From Dehalococcoidia bacterium (GTDB lineage: Bacteria; Chloroflexota; Dehalococcoidia; Lucifugimonadales; UBA2985): a stretch of DNA of 64,000 bases. Numbering within the stretch: the stretch's first letter is position 1; the number at the start of each line of letters is the position of its first letter. Of the stretch, positions 28,582 through 38,328 are shown piece by piece. The notes beneath the pieces are model-generated. The model searched no databases. It saw only the letters and a program-made list of their open reading frames with translations, and was not told the origin of the DNA. The DNA is taken from positions 2,845,324-2,909,323 of the forward strand of contig OZ244718.1 in NCBI GenBank assembly GCA_965218945.1, read 5' to 3'. A program made the position numbers and the translations under genes.

Positions 28582-29534
28582 CTAGTCAGGCATCGTGATT
28601 ATCGATGCGGTAATTCGAACCGTATAGTGGAATACCTCGTTCAGGAACTCTGCCCAGGATTCGCCGTCATTTGCGAGGTTATCAAGTATGAATACCTTGT
28701 CTACGCCGAGCCTGTCCAGGCGATCCCGCATTTCGGAAGTGACTATTCCGGCAATGAGTATGTTCACACAATTCGGAGGCGTTGCCTCAAAGCTCTTCTG
28801 TATTGCTCCCAGCCTTTCGAGTGCGCCCGCCGGGTCTTTGCCCCCTTCACCTCAATAGTTGCAACAACCCTCGGTTCCCCGTTTACGACCTGACTGAACT
28901 CAACGTCCGGTTCCGAGCCGTAGCGCATGGAATAACCGTCCGGCAACTCAAATTGTGTCTGCTCGGCATTATGCTGGACTATAAGTTGTCGGCTGTCCAG
29001 CCAATCCCTGATCCTGGTCTTGATAAGCTGCTCTGCGTCCTGGCCGATGATGTTTCGGACTGTGCCGTCCAATCCTATGCCCATGTTGGCGATTACGTTC
29101 CTGTATCCGTTCTCAAGCGTCCAGCCGGTGGAACCCTCGATTATGGAAGAGATTACAGCGTTGTACAGCTGCGCAACGCGAAGCACGTGGGCCTCTCTCA
29201 CAGCAGTCGTTCTAGTCCCGTCCTCCCAGGAGTCCACGGCCCCCGCTATCTCGGTAACGCGCTTGCGAGGCAGCAATGCGATGCCCCGGTAGTATGCAGA
29301 TGCGCGAGGGTGTCGGGTCAGCAATAAAGGGTGTGCAAAAACCAGCTTGGGATCAATACCGGAAGATGTTACGTGATCCCATGCTTCCTGACTGATCATT
29401 AGCTCGTCCAGAGGCGTGAACGTCAGTTCGTCGGGGAATTCGGCAATCGCTTGCCTTAGCGCCAGGTCGGTCCTCTGCTGGATACGTTGCGCAATTACCT
29501 CCGAGCGTCTCCTGGCGTCATCCAGCTTGGCCAT
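28582..29534 (-). pseudogene. XcyI-family type II restriction endonuclease, frameshifted in a G run
   Basis: SEPDV...IEVKG; one extra G at 28841-28845 restores GGKDPAGALERLGAIQKSF and joins ORF 28582-28767. Confidence 0.8.
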
Positions 29535-31026
29535 ATCCCCGCACCCACTTGTACACGCACTTTCTTAGCTCCCGACGCCCAAATCGCCCCATCTGCTGAC
29601 TGGAGTTGCCCTTACCACGGGGCAACGCCCAGATATGCTCGCACACAAACCCGGACCGTTCAGCATAGTCGGATAGAATCAGGTCTACGGGCACCTCTTC
29701 GCCGTGATACTGCACGTTGTCGTTCACCATAATCACGGTTCCACCCGGCCTGACGATACGGCCCAACTCCGCTATGATTACCGCCATCTCAAGAAAGTAT
29801 CCCTCTATCAGACGGACGACGTGGGGATTGCTTAGCTCACTCATATGCTCTCTGAGAATGGTCAGAACCTCGTGAACAGCCGCCTGCTCCTCGTACATTC
29901 CAAATGCCGCGTCGATCAAGGGAGACTCTCCGTATTCCTTTCGCAGCAGCTCTCTTTTGGGCTTGTTCTCAACCGTTGCAGACAACATGCTCTGGCGCAG
30001 AGCACTAAAGGCGTCCTGGTCGTATCCAAGCCACGCAAGTTCAAGGGCGTAGGTCCTTGTGTAATCGTACCGGTTTGCGTACGGCGGAGAGGTGATGACC
30101 ATATCGAACGAGCTATCGGGCAACAGACGAAGATGCTCCAAGCTGGAGCCTGCGATGAACTCCGGACGCCCTCCCCCGTACCGCTGCTTGAGCAGATCCA
30201 TATCCTCCGCCATCTCGCCAAGACGGGCGTCCAAAGCGAACGGGAACGGCAGAATCGGCTCCTTGTCTACGCGCCCTCTGAGCTGTCGCCCCGACCGGTG
30301 GTCCCATCGAAGGTATTGCCCGTCCTTGCGCGTATAGCTCACGGACTCCAGTACGCTCATGCAGGCGAAGTCCAGCATGGTCTGGATACTGGGGGCATCC
30401 ACCGCGCTGATGAACTCCCGAGCCTTGGCAAGCTCCGTTTCCGTCTCTGCAGGGAAAGCGGACTCCGTGATTCGCACGTGGCGAAATGTGTGCTCCTGGC
30501 CAGGCTCGTTGCCGGACTGCACGTGCTTGAGCAGTTCCGCGGCAGCTTCTCTGAAAGCTTCTGGCCGCAGGCCGTTGGCCGCATGAGCAATCGCGTTGCC
30601 GGTCAGTACACCGACGGGGATGATTTCGATTCCCGTGGCCTGCAGGCCCCTGCCGGCCGCGATGAGTGGAGTAGTCCCAATGCCGGAGAAGGGATCAAGG
30701 ACAGACCGCGGTTGAAAGTCCGCTATCAGCCGCTCCACCAGTTCCCTTGAGAATCCCTCCTTGTATTTCATCCACCGGAAGCCCGGGGCGCGACGGTTGC
30801 CCTGGTACGATACCGCTCTACGCGTCAGCGTCGGGTTGATGGACAAGCGTTCTTCAAACCGTTTGTGTAAGGCGCGGCGTTGGTCAACACTCCCACCGTT
30901 GGGAGACTCCACAGCGGCCATACACAGGCTTGTTGTCGAGTCGGCGTGTGCAGTCTGACGCAGAAATCCCGGGAGCAGGGGCTGCTCTTCAGTGGTTGCT
31001 GCTTTCAATTCATCCGGGTTGGTCAT
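29518..31026 (-). CDS. Site-specific DNA methyltransferase (N4-cytosine type)
   Basis: LDPFSGIGTT (motif I) and ITSPPY (motif IV); overlaps the REase start. Confidence 0.9.
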   Translation of the reverse strand: MTNPDELKAATTEEQPLLPGFLRQTAHADSTTSLCMAAVESPNGGSVDQRRALHKRFEERLSINPTLTRRAVSYQGNRRAPGFRWMKYKEGFSRELVERLIADFQPRSVLDPFSGIGTTPLIAAGRGLQATGIEIIPVGVLTGNAIAHAANGLRPEAFREAAAELLKHVQSGNEPGQEHTFRHVRITESAFPAETETELAKAREFISAVDAPSIQTMLDFACMSVLESVSYTRKDGQYLRWDHRSGRQLRGRVDKEPILPFPFALDARLGEMAEDMDLLKQRYGGGRPEFIAGSSLEHLRLLPDSSFDMVITSPPYANRYDYTRTYALELAWLGYDQDAFSALRQSMLSATVENKPKRELLRKEYGESPLIDAAFGMYEEQAAVHEVLTILREHMSELSNPHVVRLIEGYFLEMAVIIAELGRIVRPGGTVIMVNDNVQYHGEEVPVDLILSDYAERSGFVCEHIWALPRGKGNSSQQMGRFGRRELRKCVYKWVRGYGQAG

Positions 31027-31048
31027 GTTGCGATTATCCAGCCTTGGG
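31004..31048 (-). repeat. 45-bp direct repeat (promoter plus MTNPDELK codons; partner 28508-28552)
   Basis: 41/45 identical; GATAAT-N6-ATG in both copies. Confidence 0.92.
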
Positions 31049-31068
31049 ACGGATTCGGTCCGGGGAGG

Positions 31069-32343
31069 CTACCCCTCTTCCTGCAGTCTCCCCGCGTCCG
31101 CCAGTTCCGAGACAATGCTACTCATGGGCACCGGGCGCTGCTCGCCTCTGGCCATGTCCCGGAGGACTACGACACCCTGGTTAAGCTCCTCCTCGCCCAG
31201 GATGAGGGTGTATGGCGCGCCCAGTGAGTTGGCATAGCGCAGCTGAGAGCGCAGGCTCCTGCCCGACGCGGCCAGCACCACTCTTTTGCCCTCTCTCCGA
31301 AGCTGCGAGGCCAGGGCAATCGCCGCCTCTTTAGCCTCGTTGCCCAGGTACGCTATCACGGCGTGGAGGGAGTCCTCGTCCGGTACAAGAACGTCCTGGC
31401 GCTTGAGGTTCAGCACCAGCCGCTCCCTACCCGACCCAAACCCGACGCCGGGTGTGGGCGGGCCACCCATCGCCTGGATGAGTCCGTCGTAGCGGCCGCC
31501 GCCGCATATGGTGCTCTGGCCTCCCTCCTCCGGGGGCTGTATCTCGAAGACGGTGCGGGTGTAGTAGTCCAAGCCTCGCACCAGCCTGTGCTCAACCCTG
31601 AATGCGATATCCAGCCGTTGCAGGTATTTCAGCAGCTCCTCCCAGTGGTCGCGGCACTCGGGGCAGAGGTGATCGACCATCCTGGGGGCTTCCTCAGCCA
31701 TCGCCATGCACGTCTCCTGCTTGCAGTCCAGAAGCCGCAGGGGGTTGCGCTCCAGCCTGGACTTACAGTCCTGGCACATGCCGGCGATACGACCCGCGTA
31801 GTAGCCCTTAAGCTCCTCCAGGTAGGCCGGCCTGCACTGGGGGTCGCCGATGCTGTTCACCAGCACGGACAGGTCCTTTAGACCCAGGTCCTTTGTAAGC
31901 TGCCAAGCCATCTCTATGATCTCGGCGTCCACGGACGGGTCGCCGTCTCCCAGGGCCTCCACGCCGAACTGGTGGTGCTGCCGGAACCGCCCGGCCTGGG
32001 GGCGCTCGTATCGGAAGACTGGGCAGAAGTAGTAGAGACGCACCGGTTGGGGCAGGTTGCGCATACCGTGTTCCAGGTACGCTCGACAGACGGGAGCGGT
32101 CCCCTCAGGACGCAGGGCCATGGAGTCGCCGCCGCGGTCCTGGAAGATGTACATCTCCTTCTCGACGATATCGGTGCCCTGGCCCACACCCCGCGTAAAG
32201 AGGTCGCTCTGCTCAAAGATGGGGGTATCCAGTCGTCCATAGCCGTATCGCCGGCCCAGAGCCTCTGCCCTGGCCTCTATGTAGCGCCAGTACCTCTGCT
32301 CCTCCGGCAGAGTGTCCGCGGTGCCCCTGGGAGCTCGGTACAA
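31069..32343 (-). CDS. hisS: Histidine--tRNA ligase
   Basis: PRGT, LRPEGTA, FRYERPQAGRFRQ, LVRGLDYY and GGGRYD motifs; TTG start after AAGGAGG. Confidence 0.98.
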   Translation of the reverse strand: MYRAPRGTADTLPEEQRYWRYIEARAEALGRRYGYGRLDTPIFEQSDLFTRGVGQGTDIVEKEMYIFQDRGGDSMALRPEGTAPVCRAYLEHGMRNLPQPVRLYYFCPVFRYERPQAGRFRQHHQFGVEALGDGDPSVDAEIIEMAWQLTKDLGLKDLSVLVNSIGDPQCRPAYLEELKGYYAGRIAGMCQDCKSRLERNPLRLLDCKQETCMAMAEEAPRMVDHLCPECRDHWEELLKYLQRLDIAFRVEHRLVRGLDYYTRTVFEIQPPEEGGQSTICGGGRYDGLIQAMGGPPTPGVGFGSGRERLVLNLKRQDVLVPDEDSLHAVIAYLGNEAKEAAIALASQLRREGKRVVLAASGRSLRSQLRYANSLGAPYTLILGEEELNQGVVVLRDMARGEQRPVPMSSIVSELADAGRLQEEG

Positions 32344-32456
32344 GACAGGCCTCCTTGTGCAGATTGAGGACAAGGATAGCCCACGACGACGGGTTTGCCA
32401 AGGTGTGCACTCTTGGTTATACTTCCCTTACATACGCGTATCGACGGGTCAAGAGA

Positions 32457-34643
32457 ATGGAAGACCTTCTTACCAAAGCAAAGAGCTATCTACCCCAGGA
32501 CAAAATTGGGGTAATTGAAGAGGCGTACAACTTCGCCCATAAGGCCCACGAGGGACAGATGCGCCTTTCGGGCGAGCCATACGTGGTGCACCCGATCAGC
32601 ACCGCCCTCTTCCTGGCCGACCTCAACCTGGACGCCACGACCCTTGCGGCCGCTCTCCTCCACGACGTTATCGAGGACTGCGACGTCTCCTACGAGGACC
32701 TGCAGCGCAAGTTCGGCTCAGAGGTGAGCCGGCTGGTGGACGGCGTCACCAAGCTGAGCAAGATGGAACTGATGACATCGGAGGGCGGGCTTCGCTACGG
32801 CAGCGAGGACGGCCAGGCGGAGAGCCTTCGCAAGATGCTGGTGGCCATGGCCCAGGACATCCGCGTGGTGCTTATCAAGCTGGCGGACCGCCTGCACAAC
32901 ATGGAGACGCTCAAGGCCCACACCCCTGAAAAGCGTATCGACATTGCCAGGGAGACCCTGGACATCTATGCGCCCCTGGCCCACAGGCTGGGGATATGGG
33001 ACATCAAGTGGCGACTGGAAGACCTGTCCTTCAGCCATCTGCAGCCCGACAAGTACAGGGAGATTTCACGCCTCCTGGCCTCCAAGCGGGAAGAGCGGGA
33101 GAGTTACATCGATCAGGGATGCGAGGTGCTCAGGGAGGAGCTGCAAAAGGCGAGCATAACCGCCGAGGTATCGGGCAGGGCGAAGCACATATACAGCATC
33201 TACCAGAAGATGGAGAAGTACGCCCAGCAGGGCAAGGAGTTCGGGCAGATATACGACCTGTTTGCTCTGAGGATACTGGTCAAAGAGGTGCAGGACTGCT
33301 ACAGCGCCCTGGGGGTGGTTCACGGGCTGGGTCATCCCATTTCCGGAGAGTTCGACGACTACATAGCAAGTCCCAAGGATAACATGTACCAGTCGCTGCA
33401 CACGGCGGTCATGTACAAGGGGAACACGCCCCTGGAGGTGCAGATACGCACCTATGGTATGCACCAGCTATCGGAGTACGGGGTCGCGGCCCACTGGAGG
33501 TACAAGGAGGGAGACGCAAAGGACCCCCACTTCGAGGAGAAGATGGGCTGGCTGAGGCAACTCCTGGACTGGCAGAGAGACGTGACGGGAGCGGAGGAGT
33601 TCGTGGAGTCGGTGAAGATGGACATCTTCCAGGACCAGGTCTTCGTGTACACGCCAAGGGGTGAAATACGGGAGCTTCCGAAGGGATCCACGCCTCTGGA
33701 TTTCGCATACCGCATTCACACGGACCTGGGACATCGCTGCATTGGGGCCAAGGTCAACGGCAAGCTGGTGCCTCTCTACACCCGGCTGAACAACGGGGAC
33801 ACTGTGGAGATAATGACCAGCAAGGTCGCCAGAGGCCCCAGCATGGACTGGCTCAACGCCAACCTGGGCTACGTGAACACCGCCAACGCCAGGGAGAAGG
33901 TCCGGCAGTGGTTCCGCAGGCAGGAGCGAAGCGCCAGCATCCAGCGCGGCAAGGAGCTTCTAAACAAGGAGTTGAAGCGCCTGAACCTGAAGATGGAGCA
34001 CGAAGAGGTTTCAGCGCTCCTCAAGTTTGATAACGTTGCGGAACTGCTGGCTGCCCTGGGAAGCGGGACCACAAACGTATCCCAGTTGACAACCAGGCTG
34101 GCGGGGCAGCAGGAGCAAGCGACGGAGACGCTGCCCTCCACCTTCCCTCTCACATGGCCCTCGTCCGGCATAGAGGTGCTGGGAGTGGGCGATCTGCTGA
34201 CCCGCCTCTCCCAGTGCTGCAACCCCATTCCCGGCGACGAGATAGTGGGCTACATCACCCGGAGCCGCGGCGTATCGGTGCACCGCTTGGACTGCCCCAA
34301 CGTCCGCAACGAGGACGAGAAGGAACGGCTGGTGCAGGTGAACTGGGGTAAGGGCAAGACGCTGTACCCCGTAAGGCTGCAGATCCAGGCCTGGGACCGG
34401 GTGGGACTGCTCAGGGACATAACCACGCTGGTCTCACAGGAGAAGGTCAACATAGCATCGGTTCTCACCATGGAGCACGCAGACAGCAGTACCACCACTT
34501 ACCTTACGGTGTTTACCACCGGCGTGGGACAGCTGAGCCTCCTCTTCTCGCGGCTTGAAGGGGTAGAGGGGGTGTACTCGGTGGCTCGGAGCAGCCCCGA
34601 AGAGGAAGCAAACGCAAGCTCAAATCCAAGAACTTCGGACTAA
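32457..34643 (+). CDS. relA: Bifunctional (p)ppGpp synthetase/hydrolase (Rel/SpoT)
   Basis: HD motif LLHDVIED, KLADRLHNM, YQSLHT, TGS (DFAY..HT) and ACT domains. Confidence 0.97.
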   Translation: MEDLLTKAKSYLPQDKIGVIEEAYNFAHKAHEGQMRLSGEPYVVHPISTALFLADLNLDATTLAAALLHDVIEDCDVSYEDLQRKFGSEVSRLVDGVTKLSKMELMTSEGGLRYGSEDGQAESLRKMLVAMAQDIRVVLIKLADRLHNMETLKAHTPEKRIDIARETLDIYAPLAHRLGIWDIKWRLEDLSFSHLQPDKYREISRLLASKREERESYIDQGCEVLREELQKASITAEVSGRAKHIYSIYQKMEKYAQQGKEFGQIYDLFALRILVKEVQDCYSALGVVHGLGHPISGEFDDYIASPKDNMYQSLHTAVMYKGNTPLEVQIRTYGMHQLSEYGVAAHWRYKEGDAKDPHFEEKMGWLRQLLDWQRDVTGAEEFVESVKMDIFQDQVFVYTPRGEIRELPKGSTPLDFAYRIHTDLGHRCIGAKVNGKLVPLYTRLNNGDTVEIMTSKVARGPSMDWLNANLGYVNTANAREKVRQWFRRQERSASIQRGKELLNKELKRLNLKMEHEEVSALLKFDNVAELLAALGSGTTNVSQLTTRLAGQQEQATETLPSTFPLTWPSSGIEVLGVGDLLTRLSQCCNPIPGDEIVGYITRSRGVSVHRLDCPNVRNEDEKERLVQVNWGKGKTLYPVRLQIQAWDRVGLLRDITTLVSQEKVNIASVLTMEHADSSTTTYLTVFTTGVGQLSLLFSRLEGVEGVYSVARSSPEEEANASSNPRTSD

Positions 34644-34658
34644 ATGGGAGGAAATCCT

Positions 34659-34916
34659 TTGCCTAGCGAGAAATCGGCCCGCGTGGTCGCCAAGAAAACA
34701 CTTCGAAACAGACCCATACGCACCTCTGCCAGGACCTTTGTGAAGAGGGCGCAGGACTCCATAGCCGGCGGCGGCGCGGAAGCGGCCTTGGCTGACACAA
34801 GGGAGGCCATAAGGGTGCTGGACAAGGCAGCCCAGAAGGGCGTCATTCACAGGAACAACGCCGCCCGGCGCAAGTCCAGGCTCATGGCCAAGCTCAACCA
34901 GCTGCAGAGCGCCTGA
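34659..34916 (+). CDS. rpsT: 30S ribosomal protein S20
   Basis: LDKAAQKGVIHRNNAARRKSRL; TTG start after GGAGG. Confidence 0.96.
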   Translation: MPSEKSARVVAKKTLRNRPIRTSARTFVKRAQDSIAGGGAEAALADTREAIRVLDKAAQKGVIHRNNAARRKSRLMAKLNQLQSA

Positions 34917-34973
34917 CCAGACCGGCTCTTCCTAAATACTCCCCTCAGCCTGAACGCTGTGTGGTGAGACGCA

Positions 34974-35378
34974 ATGGACAATTGGAAGCCAAGCGGGCCT
35001 AGCCACCCATTGATAACGGCGGCTATAGCTGTTGTCCTGGCATTGGCGACTAGTCTTGTCATTATCTCCCACGGGGTCTTCTACGGCGCCGTCGACGACG
35101 ACAACGCCTCCGTAATCGGCTTAGCCAAGCTGTCAATGGCCGTGCCTATTGTCTTGACCGGCGTGGCGTTCGTGGCGGCCCTGCGCGACTGGCACAGTCG
35201 CATAGTCTGGGGAACCGCCGTGCTCCAGTTCTTCTTCTTCTGTACCATTTTCCTGCTATTTTTCCCCATTTTTCAGGTTAGTCTACTCTTTTTGCTCTCG
35301 GCTTACTTTCTACTCCGTACGGCGGGGTCAATCTTAAGAAATAAGAAACTGAAGGCGGAAGACCACTCCTTCCGTTAG
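34974..35378 (+). CDS. Hypothetical membrane protein
   Basis: About four hydrophobic segments. Confidence 0.6.
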   Translation: MDNWKPSGPSHPLITAAIAVVLALATSLVIISHGVFYGAVDDDNASVIGLAKLSMAVPIVLTGVAFVAALRDWHSRIVWGTAVLQFFFFCTIFLLFFPIFQVSLLFLLSAYFLLRTAGSILRNKKLKAEDHSFR

Positions 35379-35445
35379 CGCCTGGCCACGCCCTGGCGGG
35401 CGGGGTAGTACGTTTTACACGACCTCCTTCCCTGCCACTCCCTTG

Positions 35446-35474
35446 TTGACAATATAGAACGCATATTCTATTCT
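35446..35474 (+). promoter_or_regulatory. Sigma70 promoter TTGACA-N17-TATTCT with LexA-like box AGAAC-GCAT-ATTCT in the spacer
   Basis: Seen directly; one mismatch from the GAAC-N4-GTTC SOS box. Confidence 0.75.
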
Positions 35475-35525
35475 TCTCCCCTAGCTACCGTCCGGTCAGG
35501 AGAACGCCGATGGTGACAGGAGGAG

Positions 35526-35846
35526 TTGTTGATACAGTCATTGCTGAGCCTGGCGGCCGTTCCGGGCGCGCTTATTGTCGTCTCCGGGGGCTTCAACGCC
35601 ATCTTCTTTGCCAACTACTCCGCAACGCAGGCGCGCAGGAGAGTGGGCGCTCTGGTGCTGGCCCTGGTCAACCTGAGCTTCCTGCTCCAGGGGCTGTACT
35701 GGCTGGCGCTGCCTCTCCGGTCGGGATACCAACAGACCCCGGGGAACGGCAACGCCCTGATCGTCGAGTTGATAACCCTTGCTTCATCGCTGGCAATCAC
35801 CGCGCTGATACTCAGGCAGAGGTCCGGCGGTAGACGCAACGGCTGA
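35526..35846 (+). CDS. 3-TM membrane protein heading the packaging operon (holin-like topology)
   Basis: AGGAGG RBS, three hydrophobic segments, basic C-terminus. Confidence 0.65.
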   Translation: MLIQSLLSLAAVPGALIVVSGGFNAIFFANYSATQARRRVGALVLALVNLSFLLQGLYWLALPLRSGYQQTPGNGNALIVELITLASSLAITALILRQRSGGRRNG

Positions 35847-35916
35847 CGGGGAGGACATCAGATTTGGCACTGGCAACTTCCGCCGGACCTAGAGTGATGG
35901 ATGAGAGTGAGGAGCC

Positions 35917-36075
35917 ATGAGAACCTTAGAGCTGGCAATCGAGAGGCAGGAGTGGAAGGTGGTGGCCGTATGCCTCCTGCGGGGGCTAGTGCAGGCATCA
36001 TCCGCATTGCAGCCGGAGACCCTGCACCAACTGCTGGAGGCCCTGGAAGGAGAGAGCAGTGCCCCGGAGAAGTAG
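35917..36075 (+). CDS. 52-aa hypothetical protein (not in the ORF track)
   Basis: GAGGAG RBS; MRTLELAIERQEWKVVAVCLLRGLVQASSALQPETLHQLLEALEGESSAPEK*; overlaps the next start. Confidence 0.7.
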   Translation: MRTLELAIERQEWKVVAVCLLRGLVQASSALQPETLHQLLEALEGESSAPEK

Positions 36076-36391
36076 CAAGCCGCCGGAGAGACCACAGGAG
36101 TTCTACGAGGAAGCCCTGTCCAAGGCGGAACGTGTGCGCCTCTCCCGCGCCAAGCAGATACAGGGGCTGGACGAGGAGATAGCTCTGCTCCGACTGCGCC
36201 TGAGTCGTCTGACGGAGGAGCAGCCGGAGAACCTGGAGCTGCTGATAAAGGGGATAGGGATGCTGGTGCGGGCGGTGTCGGCCAAGTACAAGCTGTCCCA
36301 CAAGGCGGAGGAGGACCTGTACCAGAGCCTGCTCGGTGTGCTCCAGGGCATTGGGAGCGTCCTGCTGCCGGAGGGGTCCGATGGAGAGTGA
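36059..36391 (+). CDS. Putative terminase small subunit
   Basis: Small helical protein (FYEEAL...GLDEEIALLRLRL) upstream of TerL; assignment is positional inference. Confidence 0.55.
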   Translation: MPRRSSKPPERPQEFYEEALSKAERVRLSRAKQIQGLDEEIALLRLRLSRLTEEQPENLELLIKGIGMLVRAVSAKYKLSHKAEEDLYQSLLGVLQGIGSVLLPEGSDGE

Positions 36392-36614
36392 TGAGATGAA
36401 GGACGCCCTCCGGAAGCTGCGCAGGCCGCGTGCCCCTGAGGTGGACCTGTCGCCGGCGTCCACATTCGACGCCCTGCTGGACCAGCGACTCGGACACCTG
36501 GAGCGTCACGTCGAGGAGCTGAAGACCCGGATAAACGGGCTGGTCTTTCTGGTGATAGGGGCGGTTGTAGCGCAGATAGTTTTGAGCTTTTGGGGATACG
36601 AGGTGAACCTATGA
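36381..36614 (+). CDS. Coiled-coil protein with a C-terminal TM helix
   Basis: LDQRLGHLERHVEELKTRINGLVFLVIGAVVAQIVL; GGAGG RBS; ATGA-coupled to TerL. Confidence 0.65.
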   Translation: MESDEMKDALRKLRRPRAPEVDLSPASTFDALLDQRLGHLERHVEELKTRINGLVFLVIGAVVAQIVLSFWGYEVNL

Positions 36615-37996
36615 ACAAGCTGCTTGGCCTGAGACCTTATCAGACGGAGATAGGCAGGACGGTCCTGGATAGTGTCCTGCACGGCAGGGGTCGCACCTTC
36701 ACGGTGGAGATAGCCCGCCAGGGCGGGAAGAATGAGCTGTCGGCGCAGCTGGAGATGCTGCTCCTGGTGCTCTTCTCCGTCAAGGGAGGGAACCTGGTCA
36801 AGGCCGCGCCCACCTTCGACCCGCAGGTTCGTATCAGCATCTCGCGGCTTAAGGAGCGTCTGAGGGACGCCGGGCTGGCCGGTCTGTGGCAGACCGAGGC
36901 CGGAAGCGCCATCCGACTGGGCAGGACTCGCCAGATGTTCCTCAGCGCCGAGCCGTCCAGCAACGTGGTGGGGGCCACGGCGCACATCCTCCTGGAGATG
37001 GACGAGGCCCAGGACGTTGACCGGGAGAAGTTCTACAAGGAGTTCAGGCCAATGGGCGCGTCCACCAACGTCACCACCGTCCTGTACGGCACTCCCTGGA
37101 TGGGAGACTCGCTCCTGGAGGAGATGAAACAGGGCAACCTGGAGTCGGAGCGGTCGGACGGCGTGAAGCGCCACTTCCGGCTGGACTGGCAGGAGGTGGC
37201 AAAGCACAACCCGCAGTACGAAGCCTACGTTGAGGGCGAAAGGCAGCGCCTGGGTGATAGCCATCCGTTGTTTCGCACCCAGTACCTCCTGGAGCCACTC
37301 AACGGGAGCGGCGGCCTGTTCTCACATCAGCAGCTTGCTCAGTTGCAGGGGAGGCACAGCCGCCGCTCCCGACCGGAGCAGGGGCAGTTGTACGTGGCCG
37401 GCATCGACGTCGCCGGGGAGGCTTCGGAGGCCGAAGGGCGGGGACGCGGAGCCGTCGATTCCGGCAGGGACTCCACGGTGGTCACCATCGGCGAGCTTGA
37501 CTTCTCGCGGTGCGACGACCTTTCGCCGGAGCCGGTGGTCAGGGTCGTGGAGCACTATCGGTGGACTGGCGAGAGCCACGCATCCCTCTTCCCAAGGCTG
37601 CGCGACCTGCTGCGCGACGTCTGGCGATGCCGGCGCGTGGTCGTGGACGCAACCGGGCTTGGACAGGGCGTCGCCAGTTTTCTTGAGAAGGCCATGAGCA
37701 AGGGGGTCGCGCACCCCTTTGTCTTCACGTCCCAGAGCAAGTCCCGCCTGGCCTTCGACCTGCTGGCCGCGGTGAACTCCGGGCGGCTGAAGATGTACGC
37801 CCCGGACGACTCGCCGGAGTCACGGGAGTTTCACTTCCAGATGGAGCGGGCGCGAGGCCACTTCAGGGCAAACCAGACCATGAATTTCTACGTGGATCCC
37901 GCGCAGGGCCACGACGACTACCTGTCGAGCCTGGCGCTGCTGGTGAAGGCGGCAGAGTATCGGCCGCGCCTTGCCCGCGGTCGTATGGATACGTGA
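36611..37996 (+). CDS. Phage terminase large subunit
   Basis: LRPYQ adenine motif, ARQGGKN Walker A, LEMDEAQ Walker B, YGTP coupling motif, GIDVA / VDATGLG / GHDD RNase H-like nuclease acidic residues. Confidence 0.88.
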   Translation: MNKLLGLRPYQTEIGRTVLDSVLHGRGRTFTVEIARQGGKNELSAQLEMLLLVLFSVKGGNLVKAAPTFDPQVRISISRLKERLRDAGLAGLWQTEAGSAIRLGRTRQMFLSAEPSSNVVGATAHILLEMDEAQDVDREKFYKEFRPMGASTNVTTVLYGTPWMGDSLLEEMKQGNLESERSDGVKRHFRLDWQEVAKHNPQYEAYVEGERQRLGDSHPLFRTQYLLEPLNGSGGLFSHQQLAQLQGRHSRRSRPEQGQLYVAGIDVAGEASEAEGRGRGAVDSGRDSTVVTIGELDFSRCDDLSPEPVVRVVEHYRWTGESHASLFPRLRDLLRDVWRCRRVVVDATGLGQGVASFLEKAMSKGVAHPFVFTSQSKSRLAFDLLAAVNSGRLKMYAPDDSPESREFHFQMERARGHFRANQTMNFYVDPAQGHDDYLSSLALLVKAAEYRPRLARGRMDT

Positions 37997-38031
37997 GTTG
38001 AGGAGCAGAACTACGGAGAGGTGTGAACTAA

Positions 38032-38319
38032 GTGAGTCCAAGAAAGAGTGTGTCCATAATAGATTCTCTGCCGGAGCAGTTCCCGTATCGGGACAGCGGC
38101 TGTGAGGTCTCCCCCTCCTGCCTTGAGTGCCCACTTCCGTTGTGCAAGTACGACGACCCCGCGGCCTACCACCGGCAGATACGGGAGGGCCGCGACCGCG
38201 AGGTCGTCGACGCGAAGTGCGACCAGGGCAAGACCGTCTCGCAGATAGCAAGCCATTTCGGGTTGAGCCAGCGGACCATCCATCGAATCCTGGAGCGGTC
38301 CAGGGCAAATTTCCTTTAG
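38032..38319 (+). CDS. HTH regulator with an N-terminal four-Cys motif
   Basis: CEVSPSCLECPLPLC followed by GKTVSQIASHFGLSQRTIHRIL. Confidence 0.8.
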   Translation: MSPRKSVSIIDSLPEQFPYRDSGCEVSPSCLECPLPLCKYDDPAAYHRQIREGRDREVVDAKCDQGKTVSQIASHFGLSQRTIHRILERSRANFL

Positions 38320-38328
38320 GAGCACGCT

